From an uncultured Chloroflexia bacterium (lineage in GTDB: Bacteria; Chloroflexota; Limnocylindria; Limnocylindrales; CSP1-4): a stretch of DNA of 64,000 nt. The stretch lies in assembly GCA_963720755.1 (NCBI GenBank), contig CAVRGP010000011.1:672001-736000 (forward strand), read 5' to 3'. This document shows positions 50,859-59,521 of this stretch, piece after piece. The notes below the pieces were generated by a model. That model saw only the letters and a list, made by a program, of their open reading frames with translations. It ran no database searches and had not been told where the DNA came from. The translations under genes and the position numbers were made by a program. The first letter of the stretch is position 1. Each line of letters opens with the position of its first letter.

Positions 50859-50908
50859 TCCCGGGTACCGCGGAGTTGCGGGCCGACGTCCGGACTCGCG
50901 CGCGGAGC

Positions 50909-50942
50909 GGCGGCGGCACGGGAGGGGACCGCGCCGCCGCCG
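50909..50942. terminator. GC-rich hairpin between convergent rsmI and ssb
   Basis: GGCGGCGGCACGG ... CCGCGCCGCCGCC inverted repeat just past the ssb stop. Confidence 0.55.
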
Positions 50943-50960
50943 AAGGGGAGTTGCCGGGGA

Positions 50961-51440
50961 TCAGGCGACCGCAGCTCCCTCCATGAACCCATCCTCGGCC
51001 TCGGCGTCGTCATCTGCGGTGCCGGGGTCGAAGGACGGCTCGACGATCGGCTCGGCGGCCGGCGACCCGACCGCGCCTGCTTGTGCGGCCAATGAGTCGG
51101 CCGCCTGCTGAGCCTCGTAGTCCTTCTTCCGCCGTCCGGAGAGCATCTCCACGTGCGAGGCCACGATCTCAGTCTTCCAGTGACGAGCGCCCTTGTCGTC
51201 ATCCCAGGACCGAGTCTGGAGTCGCCCCTCGATGGCGACCTGCTGACCCTTCCCGAGGTAGCGTCCGGCGATCTCGGCCAGGCGATCCCAGGCGACGACC
51301 GGGTGGTACTCGGCCTTTTCCTTGCCGCCTCCGACGAACTCGTTGCTTGCCACGGTGAACGTCGCGACGTTCTTGCCCGAGGCGAGACTGCGCAACTCCG
51401 GGTCGCGCGTAAGGCGCCCCGTGAGCAGGACCTTGTTCAC
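50961..51440 (-). CDS. ssb: Single-stranded DNA-binding protein
   Basis: MNKVLLTGRLTRDPELR and GKGQQVAIEGRLQTRSW motifs; RBS AAGGAG. Confidence 0.95.
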   Translation of the reverse strand: MNKVLLTGRLTRDPELRSLASGKNVATFTVASNEFVGGGKEKAEYHPVVAWDRLAEIAGRYLGKGQQVAIEGRLQTRSWDDDKGARHWKTEIVASHVEMLSGRRKKDYEAQQAADSLAAQAGAVGSPAAEPIVEPSFDPGTADDDAEAEDGFMEGAAVA

Positions 51441-51567
51441 GGTCCGATCTCCTTCCCGGTCGGCCGGCTGCGCCGATCACGACCCTGCGTCTCCGGCGGG
51501 ATGACAGGGTCAACCTAGCGAGGGGCGCTGCACGGAGGCTTATCCGGCCGGATCGGCCCGACCAGGC

Positions 51568-53256
51568 TCAGCCCGGGTTGGAGGCGACGCCGCGCTCGCC
51601 TGGTGGCGTCGGTGGGCTCTCGGCCGCACGCGATCTCGTCCGCTTTCGGCGACTGGACTCGAGTTCGACCATCCCCCCCGCGCCATCTGCGAGGGTCCCG
51701 CTCGAGACGTTCGGGACCGGCGCCTTTGGCGATCGGCGGCCGACCATGGTCTTGGGCGGGTCGGTGATGGCCAGGACGGTCGGGTCGGGGCTGGGTGCCC
51801 GATCCGCGTACAGGTCGCAGAAGAGCACGACGAGTTCGGGATCGAACTGGGTGCCGGCGTGCTCGCGCAGCTCGGCGATCGCAGCGTCGTGGCCGATGGC
51901 GCGCTGGTACGGCCGGTCGCGAGTCATCGCATCGTAGGCATCGGCGATGGCCACGATCCTTGCGCCCAGCGGGATCTCGTTCGCACGGAGGCCGTAGGGA
52001 TAGCCATGTCCGGCGAATCGTTCGTGATGGTGGAGGATGATCGGGACCGCGTCGCGGAGGGCGGACGCATGCTCCAGGATCACCTGCCCGATCCGCGGAT
52101 GCTGGATGACGGTCCGCCATTCCGTCTGGGTGAGTGGCGCCGGCTTGTCAAGGATCTCCTCGGACACAGCGACCTTGCCGACATCGTGGAGGAGCGCGGC
52201 AAGGCGGATGCGGTCCACCTCCGCGTCGGGCAGCTGCAGGCGTCGGGCCATGTCCACCACGATCGAGGCGATCAAGGCGGATGGCTGGCCGCGATAGTGG
52301 GGGAGCGGTGCGATGAACGAGGTCAGCATGTCCGTGGCCGCATCGCGCGCCCGGCGACCGATGTCCGCGGCCCGGGCACGGCCGGCTTCGGAGATCGGCG
52401 CCCTCGGCACGCGAGCGTCCTCGTCGGGCTCTTCGAAGATATAGGTCTGATTGCGGCCCAGCGCCTTCGCCGAGTACATCGCGGCGTCCGCGTCGCGGAT
52501 GAGCGCGTCCAGGCGGACTTGCGAGCCTGTCCCACCGGCGATCCCGATCGAGATGGTGACGGACAGGTTCGGGTTGCCCTCGACCTTGAACTGGAGGCCC
52601 TCCACGATCGTCCGGAGTTTCTCGCTGAGGACTGCCCCATCCTCGACGTCGGTCTCGGTCAGGATGAGCATGAATTCCTCGCCGCCGTAGCGGCCGATCA
52701 TGTCACTCGCCCGCAGATTCTGGGACAGCGACTGAGCGACGCCCCGGAGGACGATGTCTCCGGCGGCATGACCATACGAGTCGTTGACGACCTTGAACAT
52801 GTCGATGTCCACGAACGCGACACACAACGGACGTCCGTATCGGGCCGCCCGCTCGACCTCGGAGAAGAGCTCGGCCAGCAATGCATGACGGTTCGGGATG
52901 CCGGTCAACCGGTCGACCGTGGCTCGGGTGTGGCTGTCCGCCAGCGATGCCGAGATCTCGTTGATGGCCCGGCCAAGGCGTGCCTCGAGTCCGCCGCCCG
53001 TGGTCGGCACCGTGACCGTGTAGTCGCCTCCGGCGATGCGTTCGGCCGCCCGGATCAGGCGGCCGTACCGGATACGACCGATCAGCCAGAAGATGACGGC
53101 ACTGACGCTGACCGCCATCGCGACGGCCATGACCGAGGCCGCGAACGGGCGATCGGCCGGAGCGACGAACGGCGCCGCAGCATCGGGCGACCCCACGAAG
53201 AGGATCCCCACCGCCGCCGGCACGGTGACGGCAAGAAGTGCGAGCAGTCGTATCAC
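51568..53256 (-). CDS. Membrane HAMP-GGDEF-HD-GYP c-di-GMP enzyme
   Basis: Two TM segments, HAMP domain, RASD I-site plus GGEEF, HDVGK, HHHERFAGHGYP and IADAYDAM motifs. Confidence 0.93.
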   Translation of the reverse strand: MIRLLALLAVTVPAAVGILFVGSPDAAAPFVAPADRPFAASVMAVAMAVSVSAVIFWLIGRIRYGRLIRAAERIAGGDYTVTVPTTGGGLEARLGRAINEISASLADSHTRATVDRLTGIPNRHALLAELFSEVERAARYGRPLCVAFVDIDMFKVVNDSYGHAAGDIVLRGVAQSLSQNLRASDMIGRYGGEEFMLILTETDVEDGAVLSEKLRTIVEGLQFKVEGNPNLSVTISIGIAGGTGSQVRLDALIRDADAAMYSAKALGRNQTYIFEEPDEDARVPRAPISEAGRARAADIGRRARDAATDMLTSFIAPLPHYRGQPSALIASIVVDMARRLQLPDAEVDRIRLAALLHDVGKVAVSEEILDKPAPLTQTEWRTVIQHPRIGQVILEHASALRDAVPIILHHHERFAGHGYPYGLRANEIPLGARIVAIADAYDAMTRDRPYQRAIGHDAAIAELREHAGTQFDPELVVLFCDLYADRAPSPDPTVLAITDPPKTMVGRRSPKAPVPNVSSGTLADGAGGMVELESSRRKRTRSRAAESPPTPPGERGVASNPG

Positions 53257-53377
53257 CGCCTCAGGCTACGTGCCAACGGGCGCGTGGCGGACCGACCGGA
53301 CGTACCGCGGCGAGGCCTCCGGAAGTACGGTGGTGCCCGAACGTCCCACCGGCGGGCCGGTCGGGCAGGTGGCGTCC

Positions 53378-53386
53378 TGCTATACT
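53378..53386 (+). promoter_or_regulatory. Extended -10 promoter (TGcTATACT) for the pur leader
   Basis: TG-n-TATACT located about 220 nt upstream of purA. Confidence 0.65.
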
Positions 53387-53392
53387 CCCGCC

Positions 53393-53577
53393 GTCCTCGA
53401 ATCGTGCGGATACGACGCCGCGAACCAGGAGGTCAGCGATCGCGCTTTCATGGCGCATCGGCCGTCCCGTGAGGCGCCCGAGCGACCGATCGATGGCGAT
53501 CCGCCGATACGTCGGCGGCGCGACGCGGGAGAGGTCTATCCGGGTCCCGGGCCGATCGCCCAGGGGCCTTTTCGTTT
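53393..53577 (+). ncRNA. Structured RNA upstream of purA (attenuator/riboswitch-like leader or 6S-like sRNA)
   Basis: Nested stems, a UACG hairpin, the PyrR-like CGTCCCGTGAGGCG loop, and a terminal hairpin with U-tract. Confidence 0.55.
53542..53577 (+). terminator. Intrinsic terminator before purA
   Basis: GGGTCCCGGGC-CGATC-GCCCAGGGGCCT followed by TTTCGTTT. Confidence 0.65.
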
Positions 53578-53605
53578 GCCCGATCGCCAGCCGAGGGTCT
53601 CGCTG

Positions 53606-54913
53606 ATGCCGGCCACCGTCATCGTCGGGTTGCAGTGGGGCGACGAGGGCAAGGGCAAGACCACCGACTTCCTCGCCGAGCAGGTGAGCATGGTCGTCCG
53701 GTACCAGGGTGGCGACAACGCCGGTCACACCGTGGTCAGCGGGGACGAGGTCTTCAAGTTGCGGCTCACCCCATCCGGTGTGTTGTACCCGCACATCACG
53801 TCGGTGATCGGCAACGGGGTCGTCGTGAACCCGATCACCCTGATCGCCGAGCTGGACATGCTGACATCGCGAGGGATCGACGTCTCGCGGGTCAGGGTCA
53901 GCCGGAGCGCGCACGTGATCATGCCGTACCACGTCGCGCTCGACCAGGCGAACGAGGCCCGACTTGGCGGCGCCAAGGTGGGTACCACCGGGCGGGGCAT
54001 CGGCCCGACCTACGGTGACCGGGCCTGGCGGATCGGTTTGCGCATGGAGGACCTCCTCGATGCCGAGCTCCTGCGAGAACGGATCGAGCGGGTCCTGATC
54101 GACAAGAACGTCCTGCTCGCGGCCGGCGGCTTACCGGCATTCGAGGTCGAACCACTGGTGGAGACCGCCCTGGGGTGGGGTGCGCGCCTGCATGCCCACC
54201 TCGACGATACGACCTGGCTCGTGCAGACCGCACTGGCCCGCGGCGAGCACGTCCTTCTCGAAGGTGCCCAGGGCACGCTCCTCGATATCGACCACGGCAG
54301 TTACCCGTTCGTCACGTCATCGAACCCGGTGGCGGGTGGAGCCTGCACCGGCGGCGGGATCGGTCCTCTCCAGGTCGACGAGGTCATCGGCGTGATGAAG
54401 GCCTATTCGACCCGGGTCGGATCCGGCCCGTACCCGACCGAGCTGACCGACGAGGTGGGCGCCGGCATCGCCGAACGCGGGCACGAATTCGGGACGGTGA
54501 CTGGCCGCCCGCGCCGGGTCGGCTGGTTCGATGCGGTGCCCCTGCGCTACGCGGTGGCGGTCAACAGCGCGAGCAGCATCATGCTCAACAAGCTGGACAT
54601 CCTGTCGGGTATCGAAACGATCCGGCTCTGTGTCGCCTACGAACTCGATGGCCAGCGGGTCGAGACCTGGCCCTCGAGCGGCGCTGCCCTGTCGCGGGCG
54701 ACGCCGATCTACGAGTTGTTCGAGGGATGGGACGAACCCATCCACGACATCCGGTCGGTGGCGGAGCTGCCTGACAACGCGCGCCGCTATGTGTCCGCGC
54801 TCGAGGAGCATGCGGGCGTACCCATCGTGCTCGTCTCGGTCGGCCCTGAGCGGACGCAGACCATCGACCGAGCCTGGCGACCGATACGAAACCGGTCGGC
54901 GCTTCAGGCATGA
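53606..54913 (+). CDS. purA: Adenylosuccinate synthetase
   Basis: GLQWGDEGKGK, GGDNAGHT, EGAQG, TRVGSGP and TGRPRRVGW motifs. Confidence 0.97.
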   Translation: MPATVIVGLQWGDEGKGKTTDFLAEQVSMVVRYQGGDNAGHTVVSGDEVFKLRLTPSGVLYPHITSVIGNGVVVNPITLIAELDMLTSRGIDVSRVRVSRSAHVIMPYHVALDQANEARLGGAKVGTTGRGIGPTYGDRAWRIGLRMEDLLDAELLRERIERVLIDKNVLLAAGGLPAFEVEPLVETALGWGARLHAHLDDTTWLVQTALARGEHVLLEGAQGTLLDIDHGSYPFVTSSNPVAGGACTGGGIGPLQVDEVIGVMKAYSTRVGSGPYPTELTDEVGAGIAERGHEFGTVTGRPRRVGWFDAVPLRYAVAVNSASSIMLNKLDILSGIETIRLCVAYELDGQRVETWPSSGAALSRATPIYELFEGWDEPIHDIRSVAELPDNARRYVSALEEHAGVPIVLVSVGPERTQTIDRAWRPIRNRSALQA

Positions 54914-56244
54914 CGGTCGACGCACCACGCCGGATCCTGGTCGTGGGCGGTCGCGGGCGCGAGCATGCCATCACCTGGAAGCTCGCCGCAGAACCGGGCG
55001 TGGACACGGTCCTGGTGGCGCCGGGAAGTGCGGCCATCGCGGCGGAGCCCCGTGTGGAGACGGTCGACGTGCCGGCGACCTCGATCGACGCGATCGTCGA
55101 ACTGGCGGATGCACGAAGGATAGAGCTGGTCGTGGTCGGGCCCGAGGCGCCGCTCGCTGCCGGGCTGGCCGATCGGCTCGAGGCAGCGGGGATCGCGGTC
55201 TTCGGCGCCAGCAGCGCGGCATCGGCGATCGAATGGTCGAAGGCCTTCTGCCACGACGTCGCCGCATCTGCCGGGGTGCGAATGGCCGAAGCGCAGGTGT
55301 GTCGATCGCGCGCGGCCGCCGAACAGGCCATCGATCGACTGCGCAGTCCCGACGGCGGGTTCGTCGTGAAGGACGACGGGCTGGCGGACGGGAAGGGCGT
55401 CACGGTCTTCGGGCCGGGCGCGACCCCGGAGGCACACCTGCCCCGGCTGCTTGACGACTTGTATGGCGCGACGAGTCGTGAGCGCACGATCGTCGTCGAG
55501 GAGCGGCTCCACGGCCTGGAGGCCAGCGTGATCGCCGTGTGCGATGGCGTGCGAGCGATCGCCCTGCCCGCTGCCCGGGACCACAAACGCCTCGGCGACG
55601 GCGACCGAGGCCCGAATACCGGTGGCATGGGTGCGTATTCACCCTTGCCGGACCTCGACGACGCGGGCGTCGACCGGGTCCTGGCCGACGTCCACGAGCC
55701 GGTCCTGCGCGAACTGGCGGCCCGTGGCACGCCGTTCCGGGGGTTCCTGTACGCCGGTCTCATCCTGACCGCGACTGGCCCCGTCCTGCTGGAGTGCAAC
55801 GCCAGACTGGGCGACCCGGAGGCGCAGGTCATCCTGCCGCGGGTCGACCTGGCCCTGGGCCCGATCCTGCTCGCCGCCGCACGGGGAGCGTTGCCGCCCG
55901 GTCTCGCCACACGTCTTCCGGTCCTGCCGGAGGCCGCTGTGGGGATCGTCATGGCGGCCGGTCGCTATCCGGCCGGATCGAGTGTCGGCGTGCCGATCGC
56001 CGGGATCGAAGCCGTCCGACGTCGCGGGTCGCTGGTCTTCCATGCCGGAACGATCCGAACCGCGGATGGATGGGCGACGAATGGCGGTCGGATCCTGACC
56101 GTCGTGGGTCGGGGTCCCGACCTCGACGCAGCGCGGGCGAACGCGGAGGATGCAGCCGACCTGATCACGTTCGAGGACAGCCAGCGTCGGCACGACATCG
56201 GCCGATCCACGGCCCCGGTCGAGTCGTCGGCGGTGGTCCGATGA
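54910..56244 (+). CDS. purD: Phosphoribosylamine--glycine ligase
   Basis: GGRGREHA, GPEAPL, DHKR...GPNTGGMG and NARLGDPE motifs. Confidence 0.96.
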   Translation: MTVDAPRRILVVGGRGREHAITWKLAAEPGVDTVLVAPGSAAIAAEPRVETVDVPATSIDAIVELADARRIELVVVGPEAPLAAGLADRLEAAGIAVFGASSAASAIEWSKAFCHDVAASAGVRMAEAQVCRSRAAAEQAIDRLRSPDGGFVVKDDGLADGKGVTVFGPGATPEAHLPRLLDDLYGATSRERTIVVEERLHGLEASVIAVCDGVRAIALPAARDHKRLGDGDRGPNTGGMGAYSPLPDLDDAGVDRVLADVHEPVLRELAARGTPFRGFLYAGLILTATGPVLLECNARLGDPEAQVILPRVDLALGPILLAAARGALPPGLATRLPVLPEAAVGIVMAAGRYPAGSSVGVPIAGIEAVRRRGSLVFHAGTIRTADGWATNGGRILTVVGRGPDLDAARANAEDAADLITFEDSQRRHDIGRSTAPVESSAVVR

Positions 56245-57602
56245 TCCCGCGCTACACGCTTCCCGAGATGGGCGCGATCTGGTCGGACACCGCCCGGTTC
56301 GAGGCGATGCTGCGAGTCGAACTGGCAGTCGCACGTGCCCAGACCGCCCGTGGGCAGATCCCGCCGGACGCGCTCAAGGCCCTCGAACAGCGAGCCCAGG
56401 TCGATGTCGGTCGGATCAGCGAGATCGAGCGGACGACCGACCACGATGTGATCGCCTTCGTGAGCCAGGTGGCGGAACGCGTCGGACCCGAGGGGCGGTT
56501 CCTCCACCTCGGCCTGACCAGCAGCGACGTCGTCGATACCGGCCTGGCGCTCCAGCTCCGCGCGGCCGGCGAGCACCTCCTGACCGACGCGGATCGACTG
56601 ACGACCGTCCTCGTCGGGCGCGCCAGGGCCGAGGCCGGGACCGTCATGATGGGTCGCACCCATTCCGTCCACGCGGAGCCGACGACGCTCGGCCTGAAGC
56701 TCGCAGGCTGGGCGTTCGAGCTTGAACGGGGACGCGACCGGCTGAGCGCCGCCGTGGACGAGATCGGGACCGGCAAGATCTCCGGACCCGTCGGCACGTA
56801 CAGCCACCTGGATCCAGACCTGGAAGCGGAGGTGCTCGCGGCACTCGGCCTGCACGTGGACCCGGTGAGCACCCAGATCGTCCAACGTGACCGACACGCG
56901 GCCCTGCTGACCGCCATCGCGATCATCGGTGGCTCGCTCGAACGGTTCGCCACCGAGATCCGCAACCTGCAGCACACCGAGATCGGCGAGTTGCGCGAGC
57001 CATTCCGCGCCGGCCAGAAGGGTTCATCGGCGATGCCGCACAAGCGGAACCCGATCGTGTCGGAGCGGATCGCGGGACTGGCCCGCCTGCTGCGCGGCTA
57101 TGCCCAGACGGCCCTCGAGGACCAGCCCCTCTGGCACGAACGCGATATCAGCCATTCGAGCGCCGAACGAGTCATCCTCCCGGATGCGACGATCGTGCTC
57201 GATTACATGCTGGTCCGGATGGCCGGACTGATCGAGGGTATGGAGGTCCATGCCGACCGGATGCGCGAGAACATCGACCGCGGTCTCGGCCTCCACGCGT
57301 CGTCGCACGTGCTCGTCGCGTTGGTCGATATCGGCGGCCTGTCGAGGGAGGATGCCTATGCGATCGTCCAGCGGGCTGCACTCCGGGCGGCCGATGAGCG
57401 CTTGCCGCTGCGCGACCTGCTGGCGGTCGATGCGGGCGTCGCTCAGCGCCTGTCGCTCAGTCAGCTCGATGCATGCTTCGACGACGCGGCTTTCCTGGGC
57501 CACGTCCCCGACGTGATCGGTCGGCTGGATGCCATCGCTGCGCGCCAGGCCGCCCGGTCGATCGGTGGGCAGGTGGAGGTGGCCGGTGTCCATGGCATCT
57601 GA
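56241..57602 (+). CDS. purB: Adenylosuccinate lyase
   Basis: MIPRY, HDVIAF, GRTH and GSSAMPHKRNP motifs. Confidence 0.96.
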   Translation: MIPRYTLPEMGAIWSDTARFEAMLRVELAVARAQTARGQIPPDALKALEQRAQVDVGRISEIERTTDHDVIAFVSQVAERVGPEGRFLHLGLTSSDVVDTGLALQLRAAGEHLLTDADRLTTVLVGRARAEAGTVMMGRTHSVHAEPTTLGLKLAGWAFELERGRDRLSAAVDEIGTGKISGPVGTYSHLDPDLEAEVLAALGLHVDPVSTQIVQRDRHAALLTAIAIIGGSLERFATEIRNLQHTEIGELREPFRAGQKGSSAMPHKRNPIVSERIAGLARLLRGYAQTALEDQPLWHERDISHSSAERVILPDATIVLDYMLVRMAGLIEGMEVHADRMRENIDRGLGLHASSHVLVALVDIGGLSREDAYAIVQRAALRAADERLPLRDLLAVDAGVAQRLSLSQLDACFDDAAFLGHVPDVIGRLDAIAARQAARSIGGQVEVAGVHGI

Positions 57603-58488
57603 GTTGCACCACGTGCGCTCCGGGAAGGTCCGGGACCTGTACGACCTGCCCGACGGTCGTCTGATGCTCGTGGCTTCCGACCGCATGTCCGCGTTCGACG
57701 TCGTGTTGCCGACCGCGATCCCGGACAAGGGCCGAGTCCTGACCGGGTTGTCGCGCCACTGGTTCGCGCGAACCCGACAGATCGTGCCGAACCACCTGCT
57801 GGGAACGACCGTGGACCCAGGCCTTGATCCCGACGGCGAGCTCCGGGGCCGGGTCATGCTCTGTCGGCCGGCCGAGGTCGTGCCGATCGAGGCGGTCGCC
57901 CGCGGCTACCTCGCGGGCTCGGGCTGGAAGGCGTACCGCGACGGCGGAGCCATCTGCGGGGTCGAACTCCCGCCCGGGCTTGCCGAGAGCGACCGGCTGT
58001 CACGCCCGATCTTCACGCCGGCGATCAAGGCCGAGGCCGGTGCGCACGACGAGAATGTCACCTTCGATGCAATGGTCGATCTCGTCGGCGGCGACCTTGC
58101 CGAACGCATCCGCGCGATCACCCTCACGCTCTACGACGTGGCCGCGACCGTCACGTCGGCGGTCGGGATCTTGCTGGCCGACACGAAGTTCGAATTCGGG
58201 ATCGTGCCCACTACGGGTGAGCTCATCCTCATCGACGAGGTCCTGACACCCAATTCCTCGCGTTTCTGGGATGCTTCGACCTACGAGCCCGGTCGGGCCC
58301 AGGCGAGTTACGACAAGCAGTTCGTGCGCGACTGGCTGGAGACCCAGCCGTGGGCCAAGGTGGCCCCCGGACCGGCTCTGCCCGACGACGTCGTGGCGGG
58401 GACCCGGGCGCGCTACATCGAGGCGTTCGAGCGGATCACCGGCGCGAGCTTCGCACGCTACCTCCAGGAGGATGTCATCGCCTCATGA
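57592..58488 (+). CDS. purC: SAICAR synthetase
   Basis: SGKVRDLY, SDRMSAFD, DTKFEFG and DKQFVRDWL motifs. Confidence 0.96.
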   Translation: MASELHHVRSGKVRDLYDLPDGRLMLVASDRMSAFDVVLPTAIPDKGRVLTGLSRHWFARTRQIVPNHLLGTTVDPGLDPDGELRGRVMLCRPAEVVPIEAVARGYLAGSGWKAYRDGGAICGVELPPGLAESDRLSRPIFTPAIKAEAGAHDENVTFDAMVDLVGGDLAERIRAITLTLYDVAATVTSAVGILLADTKFEFGIVPTTGELILIDEVLTPNSSRFWDASTYEPGRAQASYDKQFVRDWLETQPWAKVAPGPALPDDVVAGTRARYIEAFERITGASFARYLQEDVIAS

Positions 58489-58775
58489 CCAGCTTCCGGT
58501 TCGCGGTCAATGTCACCCCGAAGCCCGGCATCCTCGACCCCGCAGGCCGCGCCGTCGAGGGCAGTCTCAACCACCTCGGCATCACTGGCGTCCACGACGT
58601 GAGGATCGGCCGGCGCGCCGAGTTGACGGTCGACGCCGTCGACGAGACGGCAGCGCGGGCCGTGGTCGACCGGCTCGCCACCGACCTGCTGTCGAACCCG
58701 CTCATCGAGGCCTTCGAGGTGGAGTCGGTGGCCGCGGCCTCGTCGCTCCACAGCGACCGGGTCGGGGAGGGCTGA
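58485..58775 (+). CDS. purS: FGAM synthase subunit PurS
   Basis: ILDPAG and LLSNPLIE motifs. Confidence 0.93.
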   Translation: MTSFRFAVNVTPKPGILDPAGRAVEGSLNHLGITGVHDVRIGRRAELTVDAVDETAARAVVDRLATDLLSNPLIEAFEVESVAAASSLHSDRVGEG

Positions 58776-58777
58776 GC

Positions 58778-59521
58778 GTGGCCGTGCGGATCGGTGTGGT
58801 CGTCTTTCCCGGCAGTAACTGCGATCGCGACACCATCCGGGCGCTCGACCTCGCCGGAGCTGAACCCGTGGTCCTGTGGCATGAACACGCATCCCTCGAA
58901 GGCGTGGCGGCGGTCGTCCTGCCCGGCGGCTTCGCCTACGGCGACTACGTGCGGGCCGGCGTGATCGCGCAATTCAGCCCGGTGATGCGGTCGGTGACAG
59001 CCTTTGCGGCCGATGGCGGCCTGGTCCTGGGGATCTGCAACGGCTTCCAGGTCCTGGCGGAGGCCGGACTGGTCCCAGGAGCATTGCTTCGCAACGAGTC
59101 GCTGCGGTTCGCCGGGCGGAGCGTCACGATCGCCCCCGACCGGGTCGACACGCGGTTCACCCATGCCCTGGAAGCCGGCCGCGGCCTTCGGATGCCGGTC
59201 GCCCACGGTGAAGGTCGGTTCTATGCCGACGGCCCGACGATCGATGCGCTCGAGCGCGACGGTCAGGTGCTGTTTCGGTACGTCGATCCCGTTGACTCGG
59301 CGTCTGCCACGGACGGGCCAGCCAACCCGAACGGCTCTGTGCGAGCGATCGCCGGGGTGATGAATGCGGCCGGGAACGTGGCGGGCCTGATGCCGCACCC
59401 GGAGCGGGCGTCCGAGGCGATCCTCGGGTCGGACGATGGGTTCGGGATCATCCGGTCGCTCGTCGAGAGCGCAGCCCAGGTGGCCCACGGGTCGGACGTC
59501 GTCGGGGCGGCTCGTTCATGA
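58778..59521 (+). CDS. purQ: FGAM synthase glutaminase PurQ
   Basis: [22 protein letters not shown] and MPHPER motifs. Confidence 0.96.
   Translation: MAVRIGVVVFPGSNCDRDTIRALDLAGAEPVVLWHEHASLEGVAAVVLPGGFAYGDYVRAGVIAQFSPVMRSVTAFAADGGLVLGICNGFQVLAEAGLVPGALLRNESLRFAGRSVTIAPDRVDTRFTHALEAGRGLRMPVAHGEGRFYADGPTIDALERDGQVLFRYVDPVDSASATDGPANPNGSVRAIAGVMNAAGNVAGLMPHPERASEAILGSDDGFGIIRSLVESAAQVAHGSDVVGAARS

Noticed and set aside
53393-53577. Canonical purine, ZTP or PRPP (ykkC) riboswitch upstream of purA
   Set aside because: The conserved cores of these classes are not recognisable by eye; kept as an unassigned structured leader.
53036-53605. 190-aa N-terminal extension of PurA in the ORF track
   Set aside because: It overlaps the divergent GGDEF gene, promoter and terminator; PurA similarity begins at ATG 53606.
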